In this document: positions 36,177 to 48,564 of the stretch, piece by piece | Layout of the letters: the number at the start of each line of letters is the position of its first letter | Numbering within the stretch: the first letter of the stretch is position 1 | Assembly (NCBI GenBank): GCA_973895155.1 | Contig: OZ316894.1 | Location: forward strand, 10,385,874-10,449,873 | Direction: 5' to 3' | Length of the DNA stretch: 64,000 nucleotides | From: Marsupella aquatica | Taxonomy: Eukaryota > Plantae > Marchantiophyta | Program-made: the position numbers and the translations under genes | The notes under the pieces: model-generated | What the model saw: only the letters and a program-made list of their open reading frames with translations | What the model was told of the DNA's origin: nothing | The model's database searches: none

Positions 36177-39100
36177 ATGACCCTCACAGCCTTGGGATTT
36201 TGGACCTTGTTTGGCGAGGTAGGTGCTAAGTTCTTCGAGACTTACTGGTACTCTTGTCCCGAGAAAGCCGCTTACGAACGAAGATACGCGAAGCTGGTGA
36301 CCAAGGTAGCACTGATTAATTGCGAAAGGACAGCCATCACCAGGGATTCCAGCTACAACGAGCTGCGAGACTACATCACCGAACTATATCTCAGCGAGGA
36401 AGGGCTTAGATCGGTAGCAGAGGCGATTCTTGAGGTCCCAGCAAAGTTCTTTAAGTTGAAGGGCAGCCAGCGGCTTACTCAAGCGGAGTTTGACAAGATT
36501 CCAGGGTACCTAGACCAGCAGATCACAGCCGAAAAGCGCCAAGAAGACATCAGCAAACAACGGGAAGCGGCGCGTAATCTTACGTTCCTCGGGGAAAGCT
36601 CCAACGCCTTCAATTGGGATATGGCTACCCCGATACCACCAGTGCCTCAGCCGATGACCACCGGCGTACCGCCGAACCGGTCCCAATTCCGTCCAGTAAT
36701 CAACACAAAGTGTTCTTCGGGTTCCGAGCGAGCTAGTCCGCAACTCGAACAGCGTCCTCATAAGTGGCCAAGGACTACGATGGCCCCCGAATCAACAACG
36801 CGGACCAACGCCGTGCCTGCACCTGCCCCGGTAAACCCCCCGACCAACCAGACCCGACGGCCCCCGGATAACCCGAAGTCCAACCTATTACAGGTAATCC
36901 GCATCCCCGAAGTAGTCTGGATCGCGATCAAGAAACTTGAACATGCGGACTATCTAAAGGAGCATCAGTTGGAGCAGTTCGCTCACTTGCTTTGGAGGCC
37001 GTGCGCCGCCGGGCTAAAGGAGATTTGTGAGTTCATCTCCAATTTTGACACTGACGCGTCGACCACCAAGGTTTTGGGGCAGGCCTTATCACTCACGGAG
37101 CATCGGTTAACGCAAATCTTCTGCCTACCAACCGGGCCAGTGCCGGTGGAAATCCGAATTCGGGATAAGGAGTATACGTTGCGGCACTTCAAACCCAAGG
37201 GTAAGACGGACAACGGATACAAGCAGGGGGCGTGCACCAACTTAACCTGTATGGAGCGGCTTAACTTCATACGGACTACCCTACACATGATTGAGCCACG
37301 ATCCGAGATTTCCCTCTGCACGATCGTGCAGGTGGAACAGTACAAACGATGAAACTGGGCCCAATTCTTCTACCGAAGATTCTCGGGGGAGCTGAAGCGG
37401 GCTCAGGGTGGTATGGCTATTGGGGGGAAGACTTATTTGGGAAGTCATATCGCCATTATCCTCGCCTGGTACAAGGCACGGCGGGAGGCCAAAGGAAAGA
37501 ATATGGCCACCTCAGCCCCGGCTAATGTCACCCCCACCCCGGAGGAGGCAACCCCGAGCACGCGGACTACCATCCCTCGGGCAAACCCCGAGCCGGAAGC
37601 CCCGACTAATACTCCGCCACCTCCTCCTGTGGAAATTCCGCCGCCCCCTTCCGTTGAGCCTCCACTACCCGCAGTACAACCACCTCCAATCCCTCCACCA
37701 CCTGAAGATATCTTCCCCTCCCCAGCGCTGACTACAGAGGAGATCGTTGCTCCACCCGAGGAGCCACCGGTACCCGAGAGGATGGAGGACTACCAAGTAG
37801 CCCCGGGGACCATGGCCTACGACCTGGTCCAGAAGTTTAGCCAGACTATGTCTGAGGAGCTGGCAACATACATCGGACAACAAGTTTCGGCGTACTTTTA
37901 ACCAGCCTTCTTCATGTTAGAGCACCAACCACGGATCGTAAGCCGCTTGGAAGAAGAACTCATGGCGAAGGGGAATGAGATCGGGCGCCTCTAGATGCTG
38001 GTAGAGCACCTCGAGGAGGAGGCAACAAACCGCCGCGAGGAGTTAGTCCGCACCGTCGAACAGAGGGACGGACTAACCCAGGAGTTAAGCAGAGTGCAGG
38101 CCGAACTAAAGAAGTTGGACGACACCGTGCTTCAATTACGCTCAGAATCTTTGGCTCGAGTTACCAGCCTGACCGGCCTCAACAAACAATTCCTGCAGGC
38201 AGCACAGCAGGTGGCTAGTCTCTCCGCCGAACGAGATAAATTGCTGGTGCAGGACCAGATCCATCGCGACTCCATCGACCAGCTCAATCTGGAGGTAGCG
38301 CGGCTCCAGACCGAGGCCGATGAAGCTGCAAATGAGGTGGAGGAGGCGGTACGGGACCCCTGGGCCCTTAGCTTAACTAATATGGGACCCCCCGTGCGAA
38401 CAACTCAAGGGGTTTTTAAATCCTTTTTTTGAATAATAGTTATAATCGCTTATAATGTAACAACCCTTTGTTTTATTGGATTCCATGTTATAATGAACCA
38501 AGGTGATCTAAAAAATAGGGTTCGAGTAGTTGTATGTAAGGGTAAAGCATATAGGGCCACCACACGTCAATACTCATTCATCCACGTGTCATTACATCCT
38601 TGGTTTGGGGTGTGCAAACACATTTGAATTTTTGGGGAATAGGGGAAATTTTGCCTTTAGGGGGTCTCGTGTACCATTTATGGATGACCAAAATGGTCTG
38701 CCGTCGATCTCTTTGATGCTCTATATCAAACGGTGTAGGGGTATATATGGCCTTGTAGGGCCCCCAAAGAAGGAGGAGGTCAAGTAGACACCGTTGTTCA
38801 ATGCGTGTTGCGTCAGATGGGGATTCTATGATGCCACAAGTGATAGAGAGAGAGTCTCAATCCAAAGTCACTTATGTACCTCGGTATATATTTATCACTT
38901 CTAGTGATCAAAGAATTGGTTTAAATGTAATAAGTTTTCCAATGCTTTAGACTCAAAGGATAACTTTCCTGTAAACGATGATGAATATGCTCAACAAACT
39001 ATGGGACAAACTTAAGTGCAATGTGGACTTACGGTTTTCATAGATGACAACGTAGGATGTTTACAACTTAAATTTGGATACTTGTATGAGTTTGTTTGAC

Positions 39101-39573
39101 TCTTAAATGCCTCGACTCCTACCTTCTTGCGAGGAAGTGTGTACATAAAGAATATGTTGTTCCTATTTTTGCTTTTGATAATGTGAAATGTTTATTCCAA
39201 TCTATTTGACTTAGAATTGATAGAAAGTTTTTTATAACACCTGAAGAGCATATTTAATGTCATTTTGATGAAGATTATAATAGCCTAAAGGGCTTTCTTA
39301 ATGACCCAAAAGTAATTTATTAATATAATAAGAGCTTTTTAAAAGGGCAACAAACAGTACTGAAGGGGTTTGGAGGGGAGGGGCGTTCACACGCCGGTTC
39401 CATTAATATACACGGAGTAAGGGCCTAGGGTACGGGACAACAAGGCCTTGCAGGACCGCATTACCCTGCTCATCCCCCAGCGGGGAAAACCTGGGCCCAC
39501 CTTTGATCAAGGCGGCTCGAGGCCTCGTCCCGACAAGGGGATCAGCCCTGGTCCAACCACTGCACGCACGTAA
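36177..39573 (+). pseudogene. Family A ORF, copy 2 (one frame with three stops and an insertion)
   Basis: ORFs at 36177, 37413 and 37995 share one frame. After the insertion it continues VRD|NKALQDR to TAA at 39571-39573. Confidence 0.78.
38358..39430. mobile_element. 1,073-bp non-autonomous element with the same termini type as the P-like transposon
   Basis: TIR CCCTGGGCCCTTA / CCCTAGGCCCTTA; 8-bp TSD TACGGGAC (38350-38357, 39431-39438); empty site visible in the paralog at ~9650. Confidence 0.92.
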
Positions 39574-42500
39574 GGGGTGGTTAGCAAAGGGTGGAAGCAG
39601 GCGCCAAGCGAGGCAGTTAAGACAGCGGCATCTTTTGGTTAGGCGTAATGACAGAATGACTGTCATTAGGCGCCGATTAGCGGCAGTAAGAAGAATTAGG
39701 GCCGGATCAGTTAGGATCAGCCAACGTAGGATGGAGTCCATCAACGGACTAGAGTTTGTCAGTAGGCTTGGCCGCTGCCATCCCGATTGGCACCTTGTCG
39801 TCGACGGTCAACCAGTCAGTGCGGCGCGGCCAGTAGTCAGTAGGTAGTTAGTCAGTAGGTAGTATCCCGGAAGGCAGTATCCTCCGGCTCTCCTTCGCGA
39901 TTGTAGTATTTAGGCTTTCCCTTCCGCTATGGAAGGGGGAGAAGGCTTAGTTATCTCAGCAGAAGGAAGGTGAGGCACGGGGAGTCCCGGCCTGAGCAGG
40001 GTCAGAGCGCACCAAGGAGTGAGAGCCAGAGTCGAGCTTGCTAGGCAAGTGCGAGGCAGGGCCTCGTAGAGCCTGGGCATCGACTGCCGTTGGGCCTGCT
40101 GACCCCCTTTGAAGTCGAGTCAACCATGTAAACTGATGCTTCACTGAGTAAATATAGTCTTTTCCCCCTAATGTTTCCGCAAGTAACTGGTGTTGTGTGT
40201 ATGCTTTGTCTGGGTAAAGGCGCCATTTTAAGGGACGTACCGGGTGCGGACTAATGGTAGGGATTGCCACTCATTGTATGTCACAAGGTCCTATCGTGTC
40301 GATGGCTTGAAAGGCCCCAAGCCGGGAGTTAGTCCGAGTCACTAATTGAGGGAATATTCCAGCGGTGGAAAACAAATATACCTATGACTAGTACGAATTA
40401 CGCAGGTGTTATACCAGTAAGTATATCGACTTAGCCCGACTTAGGGCTAATAGAGGTCACTACACACCTCCTTGCCCAAACCCTCACCCTTATTGGTGGT
40501 CGACTTCGCACCATGGCACTAAACTGGATTTAAGGCCCAGGTTAGCGGCGCGACACACCTAAACCGGGTTCAACAGATACGCAAGGAGCTTCAGGAGGAG
40601 CTAACCAGGACAAAGCAGGCATGGACAAACGAGGTCACAAAATTGGAACTTATCAACGACTCCTTGAAGGCAGCCATTGATAAGCAAGAGTTGGAGGTCG
40701 TGCAGATCTTAAATGAGGAGCTGAAGACGGCCAAGGCCAGGATACTACGGCTTAACGATGAAGTTGAAGACGTATCTCAGGAATTGGAGGAGGCCAAGGA
40801 TAAGATGATCGGGTTGCAGAGGTGTGCCGACAATCAAATAGAGAAATTGAAGAAGTATGCCGAAGCGGGATATGGGTCACCAACTGAAAGGCTTCCCGTC
40901 AGCAGTATGGTAAGCGAAGTTACAGTAAAACTGAAGCTGAAGCCGAGCTCACTGTTGTCAAGCGTGACTGGGGGCAAAGCCATGCAGTTGGTGGCAGATT
41001 TGGCAAAAACATTTATGGGGCCGGGTGATAATAAAGTTAAGCCCCTTAAAGCCACTCCGGAAGAAGTCGAGAGCATGGCAGCTCACATTTGTGGTACTGT
41101 GGCCCTGAAGGCAGCTGTGGTAGAAGTAAGTATTGTGGATCAACTTGGAGCTGCGGTAACAGGATCAGACGATGGTACTGCTTCTATGGACGCCCAGAAC
41201 GTGAAGCCGTGGGTTCTCGAGACCGAGCGCATCGGGGAGCAGGATTGGATTGAGGAAGTTAAGGCAAAAGCTCTCCAGGCCGTTGCCGAGGAGGAGGAAG
41301 CCAAGGCCGAACCCAAAGCCGTAGTTAACATGGCCGAAGGAAGTCAGCCAAAGCCAAGTACAGGGGAAGGTGCAGAGTCGGAAGGCTCGGGATTACCACC
41401 GGTCATCTGACAATTAAGGTGGGCCAGTCGTCAGTTGGAAGGAGGACGTGGCGGAAGGAGAAGGGCTTGGGCCAGGAGGGCGCGGCCATTGTAGGATGTG
41501 GATAGGGCAAGTAGCGCCCTGTCGGCTTGAATAGTTTGATTAATGTTAGAGGTCCGGATCCATCGGGTTTCTGGCTTAGGCAGATTAGTCTTGTTTTTGG
41601 TTAATATAGGATTATCACGGTGGCAGGTCAGGATTGTTGGGGTAGGCTTTCCACGCTTCTTTCAGTCACGCTGCAAGGATAAAAGGGGGGGGTTTCTTAG
41701 TCAAGGCTTTAGTGTAAATCTGTATTGTTGTGAGCACAGGAAGCTCTCGGCTAAATCTAGACCGTAGGATATCAGTAAACCACCAGTTCCCTTGGATTTC
41801 TGAGCAATTGTTTGAATTGAGTTGGCCTCATTGCCTAGTTTGCAGATTCTTGCCATCCAAGAAGTTGAGTGTTATGATATATGTTGCTTGCATCGATTTA
41901 AGTCAGATAGGGTGAACTGTTGAGCAAAATACAATCGCATTGTCTTGATTGGAGACTGCCCAATCAAACTCTGAGAGAAAAGTGAGGATTGAGAGTGTTA
42001 GTCGGTGAAGTGTGGGTTGAGTCAGTCTAAGAAAGACCTTCAGCCGGCTTAAGAAATTAAGCCATAGAGGTACATTCCGGGGGTGGAATACAAATATACC
42101 TGAAGAAGTTAAAGAGGAATTAGGTATCTCAGTTGTGCACAATTCACAAGCCCAGTGAAAGAATCGGTCCGGTAAGTGTGGATCAAAGGAGAGTATCGCG
42201 TTTCCAAGCCGAATAGGTGCCATATGGCAAGAGGACGGACATAAATAAGTGGTTTATGATCGGTTGAGGATAGTTCTTGGGGTTAGAGGTCTTGGGAAAC
42301 GCGCCACAACCAACATTGATCAAATCCAAACAATGCATAAGATTTTCCTTGCCAGAGGGATGGCAAAAACCAAGGAGACCAGAGAAGCGTGTGCCTTGGA
42401 GGTGTGTCTCGACGAGTTTTTTCCGGGGAACGCCACAAGTCTGAAGAAACATGAACCTCTCTTCCAAATTGCCTTTAGGTCGGGTAAGGTCTGGGAACTC

Positions 42501-42879
42501 CAAGACCAGATCTTTGATATGTGAAACATGTTGGACATCAAAGGGCACAATAAGCAGAAGTCATCAATCAAGAAACTCAAGAAAGTAATAGCTTTTTTAC
42601 TGCCAGCTACATATGTTACGTATTATCTAGAGTTAGAGGTTACTACATTTAGCATTTATCAGCAATTATCCTTCGTAGTACTGGTAATATTCAGTTCTAG
42701 TATTATAGAAGGTAGGTAGAGAGACACTTGATAGATAGTTGTAATAGGCTTATGATAAGCCAAGTTTTCAGGATTTGTAAGCATCTTGTGATATAATATA
42801 AGGCCATTGCCATGCCTGGATATATTGACCACCATATTTTGTGACATGCGTTGATATCTCATTTGTCAATTTTTGTAGG

Positions 42880-43175
42880 AGTGAGTCATTTAAGTCACTA
42901 GTTGTCTTTGGCAAGTTGTTTTTTAAACTCACTTAGTCATTACAATGACTTTTAAGAAAACACCTACTATATGTGTCATATTCAATCATTCAAATGCTTA
43001 TACAATGACTCACTCAATCATTTCCTTAGTTATTGATCTATCTCAATTTCAGTCATTAAAAATGACTCAACTACTTAAGTCATACCTAATAAGACTCTAA
43101 GTCACAAGAATGACACAAGTCATGATAGAAGAGTCATACAAAATCAAAGAGTATCATTTTTAGAGTCATAATCTG
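42880..43175. repeat. Cluster of AGTCAT/ATGACT motifs in both orientations (probable subterminal repeats of the decayed host element)
   Basis: More than 10 AGTCA(T)/(A)TGACT motifs in ~300 bp. Confidence 0.55.
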
Positions 43176-43362
43176 AGGGGATTTCTTCCAGTCAAGCAGG
43201 TGCTTCAATTTGTCCTGATACACTCTTTCCATCTTTTGATGACAAATTGGTGTTTGTTCGATCACAATCGAGAAGTCCCATTATCCTTCTATATCAAAAT
43301 AGAAAGGGAAAAGAGTAGGATCAATTGGATATAAGTCACTTGAATATGATTATCGATGTTAA

Positions 43363-44004
43363 GGCCTCATTCACAATTGGAGGACCCAAAAGGAACGTCA
43401 CACTCAGAAGTGACCATAGTTTATTATGCTTTAGGACATCATTTGTAAGGTGTAATGAGATGATATGCAAAATTTGATGTACTATACTTAATAAACATCC
43501 TGTAGGTTGGTAACATTAATTAAACTATCTAGCATTTGAGACTTTGAAGCTTTCCTTAATATATGTCATTCAAAGATCGATAAAAGGACTTGTCACGCAA
43601 CGAGTCACATCATTTCAGGACTCGAAAGGACTCTAAAACTTGCATTTTAGACAATGAAATTTTACCAAGGCATGCATACTAATAGAATAATCTTATATTT
43701 TAAAACTCAAATATTGACACACACTAAACCTTTATGTACAGGACAAAAATAATCAGTAATTTTGGCTTATTTAGGGCCATCAATAATAGGATCCCTTAAA
43801 AAAGTTAAAAACTTGATTTATCTACATGGTGAGGTAGGTTACACCATGTAAAATAGTCTTGTGAAAAAATTAGACTTAAATGTCTTGAGATAAAATCATG
43901 ATGAAGCTTTTTCCATGTTATGAAAGTCATTTTTCACTAAAAAAAACATGATTTTGAGTCCTGAAAGTGGTTCCTATGAGGTACACCCAATTATGAATGA
44001 GGCC
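43363..44004. mobile_element. ~645-bp MITE, GGCC termini, 4-bp TSD TTAA (copy 1)
   Basis: 18-bp TIR GGCCTCATTCA(C/T)AATTGG; TTAA at 43359-43362 and 44005-44008; second copy at 46484-47129. Confidence 0.9.
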
Positions 44005-44368
44005 TTAAATGTGGAAAAGTGGACCGAATGTAGGAACAGAAGTACCATTGGATGCTGCACAATCAATTTTGAACAATGACTCGTACAAAACACATAAAAG
44101 ATCTAGCTTATAGGAGTGGTGAATTAGGATCGATAACTCCAGTTTGGTCTGCACCTTATTGGGTAGAAGTTCTACAGGAAATTCTAATTAGATTTATAGA
44201 TATTTGCGGGAGATTAGAAAATTTTGTTCACACTGTCAATGGTCCTTGGGCTTCTTTGCGCTGAAATGTTTTTATAATCGTCGTATATGAATTATTATGG
44301 TACGATAATATTATATGAAATAACAATTTCTATTGAAAGAAATATCTGTGCCTATAATATCGTGGCCT

Positions 44369-44717
44369 TGTTAGGATTTACTCTTAGGTCTAGAGTTACG
44401 AATGTACCATAGTTAAGGCTAACCTTAGCCGTAGACTTGGTTAGGTTAGTCATGTTGTGCACACTCTATAACCAAACGATGTTTGCTTGGAGAGTGGGAA
44501 CTCACTCAGGCTCATTGTTACGGAGCTAGTTGAGAGATAGAGAGAGCTTGCACTGTGGATGCTTGGTATGGCCGGTCGGCCTAGAGTGCAGTAAAGCTCA
44601 TGTGTGTTCCCGTGGACGTAGCCTCATGTGGAGGTGAACCACATATCTCTCTATGTCGACTCTTGTACGTTGGATGGTTCATGGGCTTGTCGTTGCGATT
44701 GTTGTCTATGCTCAACA
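44369..44717 (+). repeat. Copia 5' LTR
   Basis: TGTTAGG...CTCAACA; direct repeat of 54519-54863, ~5% diverged by manual count. Confidence 0.97.
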
Positions 44718-44719
44718 AT

Positions 44720-44731
44720 TGGTATCAGAGC
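44720..44731 (+). promoter_or_regulatory. Primer-binding site (tRNA-iMet)
   Basis: TGGTATCAGAGC 2 nt after the 5' LTR. Confidence 0.95.
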
Positions 44732-46483
44732 ATGCCTGGGAGGTCACGAGGTTTTTTTCGTGACGGTTTTCCAGCGTTCATTGTTGGTGTTGCATTTTGG
44801 GTTTTGTTGCATGAAACTCAAATGTGTGTGGTTGAGCGGATAGGTTAGTGAAAGGGCTTTCTAACGATGGTTAGAACTCGCTAATCGGTATCCGTGGTGC
44901 GGAGGAATTGAAGTTTGCATCGTTCAGGGTTTATTTGTGTTCGACGGTATTTTGGGGGAGAGACCAGAGATTGTTTTTTAACGACGTGAGCTGTGCGGTG
45001 CGGGAGGCATCGCATGTTATAGTTCAAGTTGAAGGTTGAAGTGAGCTGGTCGTTTTGGTACCTGGTTTGCTGGCGTTTGTGGAGCGAGTGCGTCGTGACG
45101 AGTGAAAGTTGAGTTCTGGTTTTTTGACAAGCTATGGTGCTTGTTTTTTCCTTAACCAAATTACTCGTCGTGACGCTTGACTTGGAGAAAGAAACGCGAA
45201 GTGCTGAGGCTCAACGGAGAGATCATGGTGAGGCGATCATTTTGAGTCCGGGATTGGCTCTTGACGCGGAGAGAGTAAGACACGGCAGAGGTTTTTTCTC
45301 CTCTGGTGGAGCTGCAGACGTGCCCGTGCAATTTGGCAACATTTTCATGTCGGCGGTCATCACTTTTCTCATTGGAAACCAAAGCAGAGGTAGTTGAGGT
45401 TTGTAACACGGCCTTTGTGTCATTTTTTGGCACATTTTAAGGTTAGTTTAGGGCATTTTTTTGCCCCCATACGGCCTGTATACCTTCAAATCCCGACAAA
45501 CCTACTTCGCCATACGCCCCGGCCTCCCACACCCCTTTAAGCGCAAAAATGTGATTTTTCTGGTGAAAATACGGCCCAAAATGCCCTTATACGGCCCGAA
45601 TATGCAAAAATATGTGCGTTTTGACCCCTTTAAACCCTGTTTTTTTTCATTTTTTTGTAGTTTATACGTGATTCTGGTCGCAAATACGTGTGCGTGGCTG
45701 CAAATACGTGCACCTTTTCCAGGGGCTTTAAGACCCCTTTAAAGTGCTTTTTCTGAAGTTTTTCTCTCCTCCTCATTGGTTGTGCCGCATCCCAGGCCCT
45801 GTGACCCTCCATTTTAATCGCTTAGACAAGGGGAACGGCCCCTGTGAGACCTGTTGGACTGTGCGGGAATATTCTCAAAAAACAAAGAGCTGTTTTCTGG
45901 CCGTTCGACAAAGATTCTGTCCGCCGAACGGTAACTTTTTTGGTTTTTTTTTGCGAGGTCGTAGCCATTGAAGTTGGCAACGCGGCGCACCAATCACATC
46001 ACAATTTCGATGACAGGTTGTACTTGGTATTTTGGTTATTCCCTGAGGTGGTCAAAACGGATGAGTTTCCCAAGGTTTTATCCACCTCGACCAAAATTTG
46101 AATAACTTTTCCGTCAATTTTGATTTTGATTTTGATTTTCAGTATTGGACTCCTAGCTTCGTGGGCTACGCGGCAGTGTTGAGTTTCGAGTTTTTTGAGA
46201 AGTTGTAAAAAATGACATTTTTTGTGATTTTCTCATATGAGTGATTCGGAGGAGTTTTTCGAAGAGGTGGAACTTGAAGCACAAGGATCATCGTGGCGGT
46301 TTGAGAGGAGCAGGAGGAAGAGCACGTGACACCGGTACCATCACCGGTGCGGCGTGTGGTGGAGGAAGCAGTACTACTACCGGAGCTCACGATAGTGCCA
46401 AAGAAGAAGATGGGGACTTTCAAGCTTGGGGGACCCAAGTATGAAGTGACAAAGTATGATGGGCGCTCTGACTACTTGCTATG

Positions 46484-47129
46484 GGCCTCATTCACAATTG
46501 GAGGACCCAAAAGGGACGTCACACTCAAAAGTGACCATAGTTTATTATGCTTTAGGATATCATTTTTAGGGTGTAATGAGATGATATAGAAAATTTGATG
46601 TACTATACTTAATAAACATCCTATAGGTTGGTAACATTCATTCAACTATCTAGCATTTGAGACTTTGAAGCTTAATTTCCTTATATGTCCTTCAAAGATT
46701 GATAAAAGGACTTGTCACGCAACGGGTCACATCATTTCAGGACTCAAAAGGACTCTAAAAAATGCATTTTAGACAATGCAATTTTACCAAAGCATGCATA
46801 CTAATAGCATAATCTTATATTTCAAAACTTAAATAGTGACACACACTAAACCTTTATGTACAGGACAAAAATAATCAGTAATTTTGGCTTATTTAGGGCC
46901 ATCAATAACATGATCCCTTAAAATAGTTGAAAACTTGATGTATCTACATGGTGAGGTAGGTTACACCATGTAAAATAGTCTTGTACGTGAAAAAATTAGA
47001 CTTAAATGTCTTGAGATAAAATCATGATGAACCTTTTTCCATGTTACGAAAGTCATTTTTCACTAAAAAAGCATGTTTTTAAGTCGTGAAAGTGGTTCCT
47101 GCGAGGTACCCCCAATTGTGAATGAGGCC
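46484..47129. mobile_element. ~645-bp MITE, GGCC termini, 4-bp TSD TATG (copy 2), in Copia gag
   Basis: Same TIR and internal sequence as 43363-44004; TATG at 46480-46483 and 47130-47133; the empty site restores DYLLWEKQVKGVL. Confidence 0.93.
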
Positions 47130-47244
47130 TATGGGAGAAGCAGGTGAAGGGAGTGCTCTATGCGTCAGGGATAGGCCAACTGCTGAGCCCTCGTGAAGAC
47201 GATATTAATGAGAAACAATGGGACCGCATGCAGGAGCAAGGAGT

Positions 47245-47541
47245 CTCGGGGGTCTCACTACATGGGGACCTCCCCATCACTTGCGACGTTTTTAGGCCTC
47301 AGACCCCCTAAAATGTAAGAAAAAATTATTATTTTTTAACCTCTATAAAGTTGGAATATTCTTGGAATATTCCAAAAATTGGATTAAAAAGGCCCTAATG
47401 TTCTTATAAGTCTCAAAATTAAATTTAAAAGACCCTATTGTTCTTCTACAAAAATTCTTAAGTCTTCCCTTACAACCAATAAAATGACCCTATCTTTTAT
47501 CGCACGTGATATGCCATTTTTGTGGAAGTGAAACCCCCAAG
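47245..47541. mobile_element. 297-bp MITE with 15-bp TIR and 8-bp TSD, in Copia gag
   Basis: CTCGGGGGTCTCACT / CTTGGGGGTTTCACT; TSD CAAGGAGT vs CAGGGAGT (1 mismatch); the empty site restores MQEQGVRCVTLYL. Confidence 0.85.
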
Positions 47542-48564
47542 CAGGGAGTGAGGTGTGTTACACTCTATCTCATGCCTCCCATCATCAAGCAGTTGGGTGC
47601 ACATAAGGATTGCATGTCCTTGTTTGCGAAATTGCAGAGCAAGTATCACCACAAGGAGTTGTCAAATCGGCTCTACACTTCCTACAAACTAATGAGTTTC
47701 AGGATGAAGGAATCAAGTACAAAGTTGCAAGACCATGTGGATGCTTTCAACGACATGGTCGTTGACTTGGAAAACCTTGGGGAAACTTTGAATTATGAGA
47801 CAAAGGCTCTGCAGCTTCTCAGTTCATTGCCTCCATCTTACCAGTCCCTATCACGGGTGTTGTTGCATCGTGATAGGGATACCATTTCACACTGTAATGA
47901 CGTGGTAAGTTCTTTGCTTAGTGATGATCTTCAGTAGAAGATGCACATCATGTCACAGCCTTCATCATCTGGTGTTGCCCTCAATGTTAATCATGGGAGG
48001 AGTATGCAGCGACCAATTGGAGACCGTAGAACCCATGGAGTTTAGATCTAAATCCATATCTAAGTCCAGGGGTAAATCCCCTCAGAGGAGGCAGGTGACA
48101 TGTTGGAAGTGCGACCAAGTTGGACACTTCAAACAAGACTGTAAGGGAAAGGCAACGGAATCTTCATCGACAAATGTGGCTAGGGCTGATGGAGAAGCTG
48201 ATTTACTCAATGATGAGTATGTTTTATGAAGCCAGGGGTATGTCCTATGCACGTCATCTAGGAGAACAGATGATGTGTGGATTCTTGATTGTGCTTGCTC
48301 TTTTCATATGTGTTACATTTGTGAGTTTTCCAGTTCTTACTCTGTTTCAAACGGTTCAGTTCTGAAGGGAAATAATCACTCCTGTCAAATTGATTGAATT
48401 GAGTCTATGAAGATTCAAATGTTTGATGGTGCTGTGCGCATAGTGTCCGGAGTCAGGTATGTACCTGACATGCGTAAGAATCTGATTTCACTTGATGTGT
48501 TGGATTCAAATGGTCATCAATGGAGCGTTATTGATGATGAATTTCAAATCAGGTCGGGAGAGAC

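Larger units (their letters stand above)
35624..40555 (+). mobile_element. Solo-LTR-like element family A, copy 2 (contains a 1.07-kb insertion)
   Basis: TGTGACAC...GCGCGACA; 5-bp TSD CACCT (35619-35623, 40556-40560); collinear with 8533-12377. Confidence 0.88.
33269..41410 (+). pseudogene. Family B ORF (homolog of the family A ORF; long C-terminal coiled coil), interrupted at 35624-40555
   Basis: 618 + 116 + 255 aa segments; the empty site reads AANDHL|NRVQQIRKEL. Aligns with the family A protein (FW..F.E...TY...PE..A.EQ; L.WR...F.....TT...G..L.LT......F.LP; NG.....CTN......F.R.TLH). Confidence 0.8.
32946..42308 (+). mobile_element. ~4.4-kb solo-LTR-like element with internal ORF (family B), hosting family A copy 2
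   Basis: TGTGATGCC...GCGCCACA termini; 5-bp TSD ACCAA (32941-32945, 42309-42313); removal restores the flanking ORF. Confidence 0.85.
32470..42570 (+). pseudogene. ParB/Srx-like ORF remnant of a decayed element, split by insertion 32946-42308
   Basis: DRLHVENIKTLMKMN...PFVLFV...YRVIGGNHGAWA resembles the ParB-like GxH motif. The empty site reads EYRKKMTN|IDQIQTMHKIF in frame. Confidence 0.5.

Noticed and set aside
37350-37352. Programmed readthrough or ATGA translational coupling at the TGA shared by both family A copies
   Set aside because: The family B homolog is open through this position (Arg nearby), so a CGA>TGA change in a common ancestor is simpler; the context is not a known readthrough signal.
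8533-40555. Family A copies as the two LTRs or TIRs of one element
   Set aside because: They are inverted and each has its own complete, different 5-bp TSD.
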